64,000 nt of DNA. It comes from Rhodospirillales bacterium (GTDB lineage Bacteria; Pseudomonadota; Alphaproteobacteria; Bin95). How positions within the stretch are numbered: position 1 is the first letter of the stretch; each line of letters begins with the position of its first letter. The notes beneath the pieces were generated by a model, which did no database searches, was not told the DNA's origin, and saw only the letters and a list, made by a program, of their open reading frames with translations. Below, in pieces: positions 10,286-20,736 of the stretch. Position numbers and translations under genes: made by a program. The stretch is from the NCBI GenBank assembly GCA_038143065.1, contig JAYQLI010000035.1, forward strand, positions 192,001-256,000, read 5' to 3'.

Positions 10286-11272
10286 TTACTCCAACTCTGC
10301 GGTGGGCGATGGCCGCGACATCAAACTAGCAACTGCTTTATGAAGACTAAGCTTACCATTCAAGACATGACTGACCGCAGAGATTATTGGAGCATCAACT
10401 CCATGTTGTGCAGCTAAAGCTAAACCGGCCTGGGCTGTTTCCACTCCTTCAGAAACGCCACTTCGTTCTGATAAGATGTCATTGAGGGTTCGGCCTTTGC
10501 CGAGTTCTACTCCCAAAGAATAATTTCGAGATCTATAACTCGAACAGGTAAGCATAAGATCTCCTAGGCCTGCGAGCCCCATGAGCGTTTCGCGCTCTGC
10601 CCCCATGGCTGATGCTATTCGTGCGATTTCTGCCAGCCCTCGGGTAGTGATCGTTGCACGTGCGTTTTCACCGAGCCCTGCGCCTTCGACAGCACCGGCG
10701 GCGATAGCGATAACATTTTTTAAGGCACCACCAAGAGCCACTCCTTTTAGGTCTGCGGATGGATATAGCCGAAGGGATGGTGTTGCGAGTTGTTGTGCCA
10801 GCTGGACTGCGTCTGCGAGATTTTCTCCGGCAAGCGTTGCTGCTGCGGGCAAGCCGCTTGCAACTTCGATGGCAAAATTTGGCCCACTCAAAACAAAGAT
10901 ATTTGCTTTATGCAGAACTTCTTTAGCCATTTGGGGCATCAAAAGCCCTGTGGTTCGTTCGATGCCTTTGCAACAAAGAATAACATTCCCAGTTGGCGCG
11001 AGAGACCTGAGAATTTCGCGTGTTACCTGTGCTGGTGTGACTACAATGAGGAATTTCGCAAATTTACTCTCGGACAGGTCAGCCGTAACCCGCACATTTT
11101 TGGGGAGTGTTAAATCCGAGGTAAGATACGGGGAAGCTGTTCGTGTCTCCGCTATTTTTGCAGCCTGCTCCGGGCGCCTCGCCCAGAGCAGGACTTCAGT
11201 TTTATTAGCGGCCTGCGCGATGGCTAGAGCGGATCCCCAAGCACCAGCCCCGAGCACACAGATATCCGCCAT
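10286..11272 (-). CDS. gpsA: NAD(P)H-dependent glycerol-3-phosphate dehydrogenase
   Basis: GAGAWGSALA, KGIE, LSGPNFA, GALKNVIAIA, GLGDL..TC..SRN. Confidence 0.95.
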   Translation of the reverse strand: MADICVLGAGAWGSALAIAQAANKTEVLLWARRPEQAAKIAETRTASPYLTSDLTLPKNVRVTADLSESKFAKFLIVVTPAQVTREILRSLAPTGNVILCCKGIERTTGLLMPQMAKEVLHKANIFVLSGPNFAIEVASGLPAAATLAGENLADAVQLAQQLATPSLRLYPSADLKGVALGGALKNVIAIAAGAVEGAGLGENARATITTRGLAEIARIASAMGAERETLMGLAGLGDLMLTCSSYRSRNYSLGVELGKGRTLNDILSERSGVSEGVETAQAGLALAAQHGVDAPIISAVSHVLNGKLSLHKAVASLMSRPSPTAELE

Positions 11273-11284
11273 TATCGAATAGCC

Positions 11285-12780
11285 TTACTGGTTCGACATT
11301 GCCTGTTTTCCAGCTGACGCCCCGGAAATTTTTCCAAACACTGCACCAGCCATCAGGCCAGTTCCACCTGGATAGTTCATGTAAAATAACCCACCGGTTA
11401 GTTCACCTGCTGCATATAAGCCAGAAATTGGTTCATCAGATGCATCAAGGACAGCACCAGTCTCAGGATTAATTTTTAGGCCACCAAAGTGAATGTCAGA
11501 CCACAAGTGGTCTGGTATGCCTCAAATGGAGCCTCGTCTAACGTATTTGCCCAGTTTGTTTTATCTATTGGTAAGCCTTCCGTCCGGCGACCATCTTTAA
11601 CGTTTGGATCAAATTTAATATCGGTCCGAACTGCGTCATTGTAAGCTTTGATTTCTCTTAAAAAGCCTTCTTTGTTCACCCCATCTAGCTTTTCAGCTAA
11701 CTCTTCTATGGTATTGGCGCGGACCTTGGTCACTTGACGAATCCGATACTCATCACGAAGCATTGGGATGATTTTATTATCAAATACCTGCCAAGCCATT
11801 TGATTGGGCTGCTCTAAAACCTTCCGACCGTAGCTGGCATAGGTATAGTTTCTGAAGTCGTAGCCTTCATCCACAAATCGTTTGCCTTCGGCATTGATCA
11901 TCAAGCCCCACGGATATGAATGTTTTTGGAAGTTGTCGCCGACATGGATGTCACCAAATTCTGGTGCGTTGTAATCCCAACCCACGGCATGGCATCCAGA
12001 CCAATTTCCATGAGGTCTCGCACCTATATCCATGGCCATTTTAATTCCATCGCCCATGTTGTAGCGCGTGCCACGAACCTTCGCGAGATCCCAACCTGGC
12101 CCAAGATATCGAGTACGCCATTCTGCATTTGACTCAAAACCGCCACATGCTAGCACTACAGATTTACAGGCTATCGTATAAGTTTCACCGTTTTGTTTGA
12201 CTTTGATTCCGTGAACGCCGTCGTCATCTGCAACTAATTCAAAACCGCGGGCGTGATAACGTACTTCTATGCCTTCTTTTTCCGCCTGTTCATGCAATGC
12301 ATCAACGAGGCCAGGGCCACCACCCCAAGCCGAAACAGTCAGTCCGCCCCAGAAAACAAAACGACCATCAATCTTGTAAGCCTGCTTTCCATAGATTGGC
12401 AGGAAGCGTACGCCTTTGGTCCGCATCCAATGCATTGTGTCAAGCGACTTTGTAACCAGGGCCTCACACATATCAGGGTCAGTACGATATTCAGTTAAAC
12501 GCCCCATATCATCATAGAACTTATCTTCAGTATAAGTGCCAAAGTCACTTATACTGATTTCTTCTTCAGATAGGTCTGGGCAAAGCGCTACAATATCGTC
12601 TTTTCCGTTATACACAGTACGAATATTGCCGGCAGTGTATGCTGAATTGCCGCCTCGATTTTCAGGGTCAGCCCACTCTAGCACTATAACGTTAGCGCCT
12701 GACTCTCGGGCGGATAGAGCGGCACACATCGCGGCGTTACCTGCGCCAACTACGACGACATCTGTGCTAGTATCTTGCAT
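11285..12780 (-). CDS. tcuA: FAD-dependent tricarballylate dehydrogenase TcuA-like; frameshift near 11490
   Basis: GAGNAAMCAALSARE, RGGNS, GGFE, RFVDEGYDFRNYTYA, then GGLKI...YAAGE...NYPGGTGLM in the next frame. Confidence 0.78.
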
Positions 12781-12893
12781 CGAAAATGACTCCAAAAATT
12801 TTTCAATTAGTTAGAAGTTAAAATAGTCTCTTTGGTTGCGGTCTCAAGAGAGTTTTGGATCGCGTTGAGAGTGTATTTTGATGATTGTTACCT

Positions 12894-13232
12894 TTAGTGG
12901 TCGCTGCCATGGAGAATTTTATCACGAAGTCCAGTTTCTGTCGCTCTGCCAACCGGCGTGAGTACCAAAGTACCTCCAGGCCTCACTTCGATCATCCCTT
13001 TGCGCTCCAAAACTCGCAACACAGCTTGATTTCTTAGTCCAGATGCGTCTTTGGACATCACAACACGAGACCCAATATGAAAATGGATACCGTGAGGCTC
13101 AGGTAACATCCTGATAGCAATCGACCCTGTACTGTCCTCTGGCTCAGAAAATATTGGATGACGGGCCACTTCTTGAAGAAGAGTTAAAGTCTTCTGGTGA
13201 AGGGGATTAAGAGGGATAGTCGATGATGGCAT
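12894..13232 (-). CDS. Hypothetical 112-aa protein with winged-helix-like C-terminus
   Basis: Fills the gap between co-oriented genes; VLRVLERKGMIEV...LVLTPVGR resembles a wHTH wing. Confidence 0.55.
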   Translation of the reverse strand: MPSSTIPLNPLHQKTLTLLQEVARHPIFSEPEDSTGSIAIRMLPEPHGIHFHIGSRVVMSKDASGLRNQAVLRVLERKGMIEVRPGGTLVLTPVGRATETGLRDKILHGSDH

Positions 13233-13298
13233 TGCTGTCTCTTATTTTACAGGGGGGCACGGAGCTTTGTTAACAATAATAAGATCTTCTACCTTACA

Positions 13299-15312
13299 TC
13301 AATTGGAGCTTTTTCCATCCGGATATTCATAAATTATCTTTGTTTTTGGTGTAACCCAGGTTGAAATTCGAGATAAAGCTCGTTCAGCTATATTCTCCTC
13401 AGACCTAGCAACATATCCTGAAACCCCAGGTAGAGGTTTACGTGAGAACAGTGATCGGCTGTTCATCATGAACTCATGCCAAATACGAGCAGGTAAACCG
13501 CCGCCAGTTAGACCAGGAACTGGTCGATCAGCATCGTGTCCAACCCACACCCCAACGGCAATATCTGATGTGTAACCAATGAACCAAGCATCTCTATTTC
13601 TTTGACTGGTCCCAGTCTTGCCAGCTGCATCGCGATCAATTTTTGCAGCCTTTCCAGAACCCCAAGAAACAACTGCACTCATCATATTATTAATACGCTG
13701 AACAACCTCAGGCTGCATTACCTGCGTGGGTTTAGTAGATGGCGTAAATAGAGGTATTCCAGACCTACTTCGTATTTCCTTTACTCCGTAAGGGGGAACA
13801 AATTTGCCGCCAGACGCTAGGGCAGTAAATGCGCCGGTTATCTCGAGCAAAGAAGTTGTTCCTGCCCCTAACGTTACACTGGGAGTTGGCATAAATGTGC
13901 TGCCTATACCTAATCTTCTTGCCACAGTAATTGCTTTTTCACGTCCTATTTGCTCAGCTATTCTCACTGCTGGTGCATTTAATGACCGTGCTATTGCTTC
14001 CCGTAACGTTACTTTTCCATAATATTTATTGTTGTAGGCTCGAGGTTGCCAGTTGCCGACCTGAATTGGAGCATCAAGCACATAATCGTCAGGTTCCATT
14101 CCTGCTTCTATCGCTGCGATGTAAACAAAGGGCTTGAATATAGATCCCATCTGCCTTTCCGCTTGCACAGCACGGTTGAATTGACTTTCCGAGTAATTTC
14201 TTCCTCCTACCATTGCTCGAACAGCGCCATCACGAGTAATTGCGATCAGTGCGGCTTGGGATGGCCAATTGCTTGATGAAACAGTTTTTTGGCTTACTCT
14301 TTAAGCCATTCGAAATGGCTTGTTCAGCAATTCTTTGCAATTTGGGGTCGAGGGTCGTTTCTACAAGTACGTCTCGACTTAGGCCTCCCAAGAACCCCTC
14401 TGCTTGATCAAGAGCCCAATCGGAAAAATACCTGGCATTTCCGGACACTGGTGATTTTCTTGCGGTAGCGGCAGAAGCTAATAGTGCGAGAGTCTGATTT
14501 TCTACACTTGCTGGGATATAGCCTACGTCAGTCATTGCTTTTATAACGAGGCGAGCGCGGGCTGCTGCACCTTCTGGATTACGATCAGGCGCTAAGCGCG
14601 ATGGTGCTTTCAAAGACCCTGCAAGAAGCGCAGACTCCCAAAGGTTAAGCTTGGAAGCTGATTTACCAAAAAATCTCCTTGCGGCAGCATCAACACCATA
14701 GGCGCCCCCACCAAAATAGACTCTGTTCAGATAAATGGAGAGTATGTCATCTTTTTTAAATCTGCGCTCCAATTCTAGAGCTAGCAGGGCTTCGCGTGCC
14801 TTTCGCCCAAAACTCCTCTCATGTGTAAGAAGTAAGTTACGGGCAAGCTGTTGTGTAATAGTGCTTGCACCTTGGCGAAAGCTTCCTTTGGTAACATTCA
14901 CAACAATGGCACGCGCTATGCCTCTGAAGTCGATACCAATATGCTCATAAAATCGCCGGTCCTCTATGGCAATTATGGCGCGCGGCAGGTGGGCGGGTAG
15001 GTCCGCAACAGTGACCATATCGCCGCGTAATTCTCCATATGACGCAAAGAATGCGCCTTCACGATCTAAGAGAGTGGCGGTAGGACCACGTTTTAGTTGA
15101 GTGGCTTGGTCTAATGGGGGTAGCGTTACATAAAAATAAGCTGCGGTCGCGGCACAAAAAATGGTTCCCCAAATCACAATCAGCGCTACCGCACGCGTGA
15201 GGCTTTTGTACCACGCACGTTTTTCCAGCGATTTTTGCTTGTCTTTAGGAGTGGTTCGCTTTTGACCTTTTGCAGGCTTGCGAACCACTTTTTTAGTTTT
15301 TGTGAGAGCCAT
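13299..15312 (-). CDS. Penicillin-binding protein 1A family (transglycosylase/transpeptidase); frameshifted near 14230-14290
   Basis: EDRRFYEH, GASTITQQLARN, YLNRVYFG; transpeptidase motifs SIFK, SLN, KTGT. Confidence 0.92.
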
Positions 15313-15405
15313 GGTTAATTTTGAATCAAACTATTTGTTATGCTTATAGAAGATCCATTTTTGTTCCTTGAAAAAGATTTTTTTGTCTATCGCCATCTAT
15401 AAACA

Positions 15406-15660
15406 TTAGATGGTCTCTGCCATGCCTAAAGCACGCTTATATAGATCCAAGAGGGCTTCTTGCTCAGATCGATCATCATGGTCGAGTTTCCGCAGCCGCA
15501 ATACTTGGCGCATTATTTTTACATCAAAGCCGTTTGATTTTGCCTCAGCATAGACTTCGCGAACGTCTGCAGCGATGGCTGCTTTTTCCTCTTCTAAGCG
15601 CTCAATTCGCTCGATATAGCTTCTGAGTTGTTCAGCAGTGATACCGCCCACATCCGTCAT
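15406..15660 (-). CDS. gapR: DUF2312 / GapR nucleoid-associated protein
   Basis: QLRSYIERIERLEEEKAAIAADVREVYAEAKSNGFDVK. Confidence 0.93.
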   Translation of the reverse strand: MTDVGGITAEQLRSYIERIERLEEEKAAIAADVREVYAEAKSNGFDVKIMRQVLRLRKLDHDDRSEQEALLDLYKRALGMAETI

Positions 15661-15693
15661 AACTTCGATCCCCTCAAATAATTTTGAATGCGG

Positions 15694-15723
15694 AAATTAG
15701 GCGCGGAGCGTGGCAGGATCAAG
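15694..15723 (-). promoter_or_regulatory. Putative promoter of gapR
   Basis: CTTGATC-17 nt-TAATTT (CCTAAT context, sigma70/RpoH-like) about 35 nt upstream of the start. Confidence 0.45.
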
Positions 15724-15806
15724 GCGAATAAAATGGTAGTTGTGAGCAATCCAATTTGATGCCTGAGTTAACAGCGTTCCTATAATGGAATAAATCATTC
15801 AAGCAC

Positions 15807-17129
15807 TTAAATTGTTTGTCTTAAGAGGTCTCTTTGAGTCTTGCCTTCATAAGATTTCCTGAAACGGCCGGCTCTTTGAAATATAGGCACGACCTCATCC
15901 ACGAATTGCTCAATAGCGCCGGGAGTGTGGATGGCTGTCAACATAAAACCATCGCCGCCGACATAGTCGAAGAAGTCTATCATCTGCTCAGCGACGCTTT
16001 CGGCCGTTCCAACAAATTGTGGGAGGCCAACGGATTGTCCATGCCGAGCAGCTACTTCAGCTAAAGTCATTGACGAGCCATCAGGATTTAAAAAGCGAGT
16101 ACGCATTCGGTGAAGTTCAGGTTCTTTTCTTTCAGCCATTTTTGCGTCCAAAGGTATACCTGATAGATCAAAATCTAGATGAGCAGAGAGAATTGTTAGG
16201 CCCGCTTCCAGCGGTACTAGTTCATTATGTTGCTGTTGGAGCTCTTCTGCATGTGCTTGGCTTTCACCAATAATTGGCTGTGCACCGAACAAAACGGCAC
16301 AGTGATTTGGGTTGCGGTGAAATGTTTCTGTTCGTCTTCTTATTGAGTCGCGGTATTCTTTGGCATTTTCACGTCTTGGTTGAATGGCAAAAATGGCATC
16401 GGCGTACTTTGCTGCGAAATCCTGGCCCTTTGGTGAGGTTCCTGCTTGCAGGATCGCTGGCCCATTTTGTGGAGATCTGACTACGTTGAGCGGTCCTCGG
16501 CTCTTAAAAAATCTACCCTCATGTTCGATGCGATGCACCTTTGAAGGATTGGCAAAAATGGCATTTGCCTTATCCATTAAAATTGCGTCTTCATCCCAAC
16601 TTTCCCAAAGCTTGCGGCAAACTTCCATAAATTCGTGTGCCTGATCGTACCGTTGGTCGGTTGGAGCACGATCTACACCATAATTAGCTTGCTGGTTTCG
16701 ATTAATTGATGTGACGACATTCCAGCCAGCTCTTCCATTCGTCATGTGGTCTAAGGTTGCCCAAAGGCGGGCAGCGAAGAATGGATGCTGATTAGAAGTA
16801 GAAAATGTTGCGGCAATGCCAATACGTTCCGTCACAGCTCCTAGCCAAGAGACAAGCGGTATTGGATCATGCTCTGGGGCCTGAGTCGCATATCGTAATG
16901 CTGGGTCGAGAGTTCCAGTATATGTGTCGGCGATGTAGTTCAGGTCCGCAAAAAATACCATGTCGAAGAGACCGCGTTCACATGTGCGCGCGATGTGCTC
17001 ATACAATTGAGGACGGTTCCAGGGAGTACTTTTATAGTCAGTTTTTGGATGTCGCCACATCCCGAGAGAGTGATAACTCGGACTATGAGTTAAAAACTGA
17101 GCAAGATGGATAACAGGTTTGCCTGTCAT
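15807..17129 (-). CDS. NtaA/DmoA/DszA family FMN-dependent monooxygenase (luciferase-like)
   Basis: WRHP, ERGLFDMVFFAD, ATLDHMTNGRAGWNVVTS, QAGTSPKG..FAAKYAD. Confidence 0.9.
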   Translation of the reverse strand: MTGKPVIHLAQFLTHSPSYHSLGMWRHPKTDYKSTPWNRPQLYEHIARTCERGLFDMVFFADLNYIADTYTGTLDPALRYATQAPEHDPIPLVSWLGAVTERIGIAATFSTSNQHPFFAARLWATLDHMTNGRAGWNVVTSINRNQQANYGVDRAPTDQRYDQAHEFMEVCRKLWESWDEDAILMDKANAIFANPSKVHRIEHEGRFFKSRGPLNVVRSPQNGPAILQAGTSPKGQDFAAKYADAIFAIQPRRENAKEYRDSIRRRTETFHRNPNHCAVLFGAQPIIGESQAHAEELQQQHNELVPLEAGLTILSAHLDFDLSGIPLDAKMAERKEPELHRMRTRFLNPDGSSMTLAEVAARHGQSVGLPQFVGTAESVAEQMIDFFDYVGGDGFMLTAIHTPGAIEQFVDEVVPIFQRAGRFRKSYEGKTQRDLLRQTI

Positions 17130-17138
17130 GGGTTTTAA

Positions 17139-17975
17139 TTAGCTCTCTGACTGATTGGAAATAGCAGAACCAGAATCCTGCCTGGCCCTGAAACGCTGAA
17201 CAGCCTCTGCATGCAATTCTCTTGCCTCGTCTGTTTCAGGACTTTTCAATCGCTGTTCCATTATAAAACCGTCGTGATGAATCTTGCCCCGAACTAGAAG
17301 GGCGGTGGGTGTTGGCTCATGTATTGGACGAACTCGAGCAGGAATAAAGGAAAGCCAGACCCCAATCCGTCGGTCATGGTAATTATTTTCGCGGCTAGAA
17401 TGCACAAGCTTAGTATGGTGTAAAGACATCTCTCCGGCTTTGAGAGGCATGGGCAAACCGTCTGTGTCGCCAAAGCCGTTTATTCCTTGTCCCCTTTTGA
17501 TCATGTTATTCGGCCCTAGGTCATCGAAGTGCGGGAGCCAAGGACCCTTGTGTGAACCTGGGATCACATGCATACAACCGGACACTTCAGGCGCATCTGA
17601 GAGCGCGACCCACGCCGTAACTTGCTCAGCTGGATCTAGGAAGAAATAGGCACCATCTTGATGCCATAAAACGTAAGAGGGGCCCCCGGCTTCCTTAGTC
17701 CATAGCGTGATGTGATACAGCAAAATATCAGGTCCAAGGAGGTCTTCAACAGCATCTAAAACAGCAGGATGGTGAGCGATTGCATCCGCCCAACTAAACA
17801 ACATGTGTGGCTTGGATTTTTCTGGAAAATCTAAGGGATGCCCGATAGCTTTTTCGTATCGCTCTAAATCAGCGCGAAAATCTTTACACTCTGAATGATT
17901 TAGTACTGATACCGGGAAACAAAAACCTTCGGAGTGATACTGAGAAATTTGTTCTTCCGTTAGTCGTTTTGGCAT
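17139..17975 (-). CDS. Phytanoyl-CoA dioxygenase (PhyH) family Fe/2OG dioxygenase
   Basis: WHQD, VTAWVAL, GCMHVIPGSH, LVHSS..N...RRIG. Confidence 0.88.
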   Translation of the reverse strand: MPKRLTEEQISQYHSEGFCFPVSVLNHSECKDFRADLERYEKAIGHPLDFPEKSKPHMLFSWADAIAHHPAVLDAVEDLLGPDILLYHITLWTKEAGGPSYVLWHQDGAYFFLDPAEQVTAWVALSDAPEVSGCMHVIPGSHKGPWLPHFDDLGPNNMIKRGQGINGFGDTDGLPMPLKAGEMSLHHTKLVHSSRENNYHDRRIGVWLSFIPARVRPIHEPTPTALLVRGKIHHDGFIMEQRLKSPETDEARELHAEAVQRFRARQDSGSAISNQSES

Positions 17976-18083
17976 TTTACCTTCCCTCCACAAAACCAGT
18001 TTGGACCGTCCTCATAAAACAGGTCAAATTCTTCTAAATTATCACTAGTCTGTCGTAGGATTCGTATTTTGGAGAAACTTTCC

Positions 18084-19067
18084 ATGTCGTCTTTGGGGCA
18101 AGCTGCTCAAACCTTTGCCAAAACATTAGACCGAAATGGTGGTGGTCAGGATGTTAGTTTAGGAGCAATTCCGACTAAGGGTTTTCTCTGGTGTCATATT
18201 AAGTGGGATGACGAGAGCGGTGTAGCTTGGCTCAGAAATCAATCTGGACTCCATTCAGATATTGTTGAAGCGTTATTAGCTCCAGATACAAGGCCTAGAT
18301 GTACCGTGCATAAAACGGAGTATGGCAATGGAGTATTCATCAACCTTCGCGGTGTAAACTTAAACGATGGTGCTGATCCAGAAGATATGATTTCTATCCG
18401 GATATGGGTGGAAGGAATCCGAGTAATAAGCGTCTGGAAAAGACGACTTCGTGCGGTTGCTGATATTGTTGAAGGTATTGAGCGTGGCCAAGGCCCGTTG
18501 AGCCCGGATGATTTGATTGCAAAGTTGGCGCTTCGATTGGCAGATCGAGCTGAGCCAATAGTAGCAACGCTAAATGAAACCGTTGATAGAATGGAAGAAG
18601 ATATTTTATCAAACATTCCAGGACGTGAATTCCGGGCAGAATTAGCTGATTTGAGGCGTACAGCGATTGTTCTTCGCCGCTTTATGTTTCCTCAAAGAGA
18701 TGCATTATCAACTTTAGCCATAGAAGATCTCGAATGGCTCTCAGAGAGAGGCCGCACGAGATTGCTAGAAGCTACTGACCGTATTACCAGGCTTTCTGAA
18801 GAGCTTGATGCTATCCGCGATCGTGCAGGTGTTGTTCAAGATCAAGTAGTGGAAGCGCGCGGCGAAGCCATGAACCGTAGCATGCTAATTCTATCGGTTG
18901 TGGCGGCAATTTTCTTGCCGCTTGGTCTATTAACGGGTTTGCTTGGCATCAATGTGGGAGGGATCCCAGGCGAAAATACTTCTTGGGCTTTTTGGGCCGT
19001 GTGTATGTTACTGGCGATCACAACTGCGTTTCAGCTTTGGCTCTACAGAAAGCTGCGGTTGATTTAA
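18084..19067 (+). CDS. zntB: Zinc transporter ZntB (CorA family)
   Basis: TRPR, LRGVNLN, DMISIRIW, FLPL...GLLGINVGGIPG. Confidence 0.88.
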   Translation: MSSLGQAAQTFAKTLDRNGGGQDVSLGAIPTKGFLWCHIKWDDESGVAWLRNQSGLHSDIVEALLAPDTRPRCTVHKTEYGNGVFINLRGVNLNDGADPEDMISIRIWVEGIRVISVWKRRLRAVADIVEGIERGQGPLSPDDLIAKLALRLADRAEPIVATLNETVDRMEEDILSNIPGREFRAELADLRRTAIVLRRFMFPQRDALSTLAIEDLEWLSERGRTRLLEATDRITRLSEELDAIRDRAGVVQDQVVEARGEAMNRSMLILSVVAAIFLPLGLLTGLLGINVGGIPGENTSWAFWAVCMLLAITTAFQLWLYRKLRLI

Positions 19068-19094
19068 AAAGCTTGGTAATTTTCGCGTGTAAAA

Positions 19095-20732
19095 TTAATG
19101 CAAAGCCTCGGCCCAAGCTTTTAGGCTAGCAAGATGACTGGATATGCTAGGGTCAACGATTGGAACGGCGCCAAGATAAATTTGCCCGTCACCCCCGTCG
19201 ATTGTTATCGACTCTCCAGCCATAATTTTGTGCGGCCCCGCAATAAGTAATTTCTTTTCAAAATCTATGGAAACGTCAACAGCTCCTGTCACGCAGGGGC
19301 GCCCTAATCCCCTGGCAATAATGGCGGCATGAGATGTAACACCGCCTCTGGTTGTTAATACACCGCGCGCTGCGTGTATCCCTCGGATATCTTCGGTGCT
19401 TGTTTCCTTCCGCACAAGAATCACGCTTTCTCCGGTTTCGGCAAGCGCTACTGCCTCCTCTGTGTCAAAAGATATACATCCGGTAACAGCACCAGGAGAT
19501 GCTGGAAGCCCGCTAGCGATTTGAGCTCGTTCTGCTTCGGGATCGATAATGGGGTGTAGAAGCGAAGTTAGAGCATTTGGGTTAGCGCGAATAACTGCCT
19601 CTTGTGTCGTTATCAGGCCTTCATTTGCCATATCAACGGCTATCCGAATTTTAGCCTCTGGCGACCGTTCACCCGATCTTGTCTGCAGGACCCATAGCCG
19701 GCCTTGCTCAATAGTAAACTCAATATCCTGCATGTCTCTGAAATGATTTTCTATACATGCTTGGATTTTAGAAAGTTCCTGAAATGCCTCAGGAAAGGTC
19801 TCTTCCATACTTGCTAGATGTGAATTTCTTTTGAGACGATCTTTGGCAGTTAAAGCTCTGGGGGTTTTAATACCAGCTACGATATCTTCACCTTGAGCTT
19901 GGATTAGAAACTCTCCATGAAGAGCCTTTTCGCCAGTTAACGGATTCCGCGTAAACATTACCCCTGATGCTGAGGTGTTATCTCTATTTCCGAAAACCAT
20001 TGCTTGAATGGACACGGCTGTTCCAAGCTTTTCTGAAATGGCGTGCAGCTGGCGATATGAGATGGCAGGAGGATTTTCCCAACTTTTAAAAATTGCCGCT
20101 ATAGCATCCAAAAGCTGGGTCTCAGGATCTTCAGGAAAAGGAAAATTTAACCTCTCTTCTACCAAGTCTTTGAAAGCGGATATAATCAAGACCAAGTCTT
20201 TAGAGGTTAGTTCCTGGTTCAGTAAAAGATTGTGATCCTTCTTGTAGCAATCGATAATTTCTTCAAAGCAGTTAGCTTCCATACCAAATACGACACAGCT
20301 GTACGTTTGAATGAAGCGTCGGTAGCTATCCCAAGCAAATTTCTCAGATCCAGTTGCAGCTGCAAGGCCTTGTGTGGTTTTAGTGTTGAGGCCCAAATTA
20401 AGGATGGTGCTCATCACTCCAGGCATAGAGGCTTTGGCCCCTGATCTTACTGATAGTAATAGTGGGTTTACTGCACTACCAAAATTCTGCTGAGTTTCCT
20501 TTTCAATTTGTTTTAGTGCACTTTTAATCGAATTTTGCAGAGTTCTTAAGCATTCATGGCCATTTCTGAAGAAGTCCTGGCAAACTTCTGCCGAAATTGT
20601 GAAACCGGGAGGCACGGGGACACCAAGCTTGGTCATTTCAGCAAGAATTGCACCTTTGCTACCAAGAAATTCTTTCGTCTCAAGGCCACCATCGGCCCTG
20701 CCGTTGCCGAAGCTAAATATTAATTGGCTCAT
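19095..20732 (-). CDS. ppdK: Pyruvate,phosphate dikinase-like protein, truncated (ATP-grasp plus phospho-His domains only, 545 aa)
   Basis: LGSKG, VPPGFT, SVRSGA, QGEDIVAG, DIEFT..LQTR, GGVTSHAA; ends AWAEALH* at the start of the PEP-binding barrel. Confidence 0.85.
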   Translation of the reverse strand: MSQLIFSFGNGRADGGLETKEFLGSKGAILAEMTKLGVPVPPGFTISAEVCQDFFRNGHECLRTLQNSIKSALKQIEKETQQNFGSAVNPLLLSVRSGAKASMPGVMSTILNLGLNTKTTQGLAAATGSEKFAWDSYRRFIQTYSCVVFGMEANCFEEIIDCYKKDHNLLLNQELTSKDLVLIISAFKDLVEERLNFPFPEDPETQLLDAIAAIFKSWENPPAISYRQLHAISEKLGTAVSIQAMVFGNRDNTSASGVMFTRNPLTGEKALHGEFLIQAQGEDIVAGIKTPRALTAKDRLKRNSHLASMEETFPEAFQELSKIQACIENHFRDMQDIEFTIEQGRLWVLQTRSGERSPEAKIRIAVDMANEGLITTQEAVIRANPNALTSLLHPIIDPEAERAQIASGLPASPGAVTGCISFDTEEAVALAETGESVILVRKETSTEDIRGIHAARGVLTTRGGVTSHAAIIARGLGRPCVTGAVDVSIDFEKKLLIAGPHKIMAGESITIDGGDGQIYLGAVPIVDPSISSHLASLKAWAEALH

Positions 20733-20736
20733 AGGT

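Noticed and set aside
10581-11282. 233-aa plus-strand ORF (also 22007-22516, 47659-48123 and many similar)
   Set aside because: Antisense shadows of well-supported genes, with no motifs of their own
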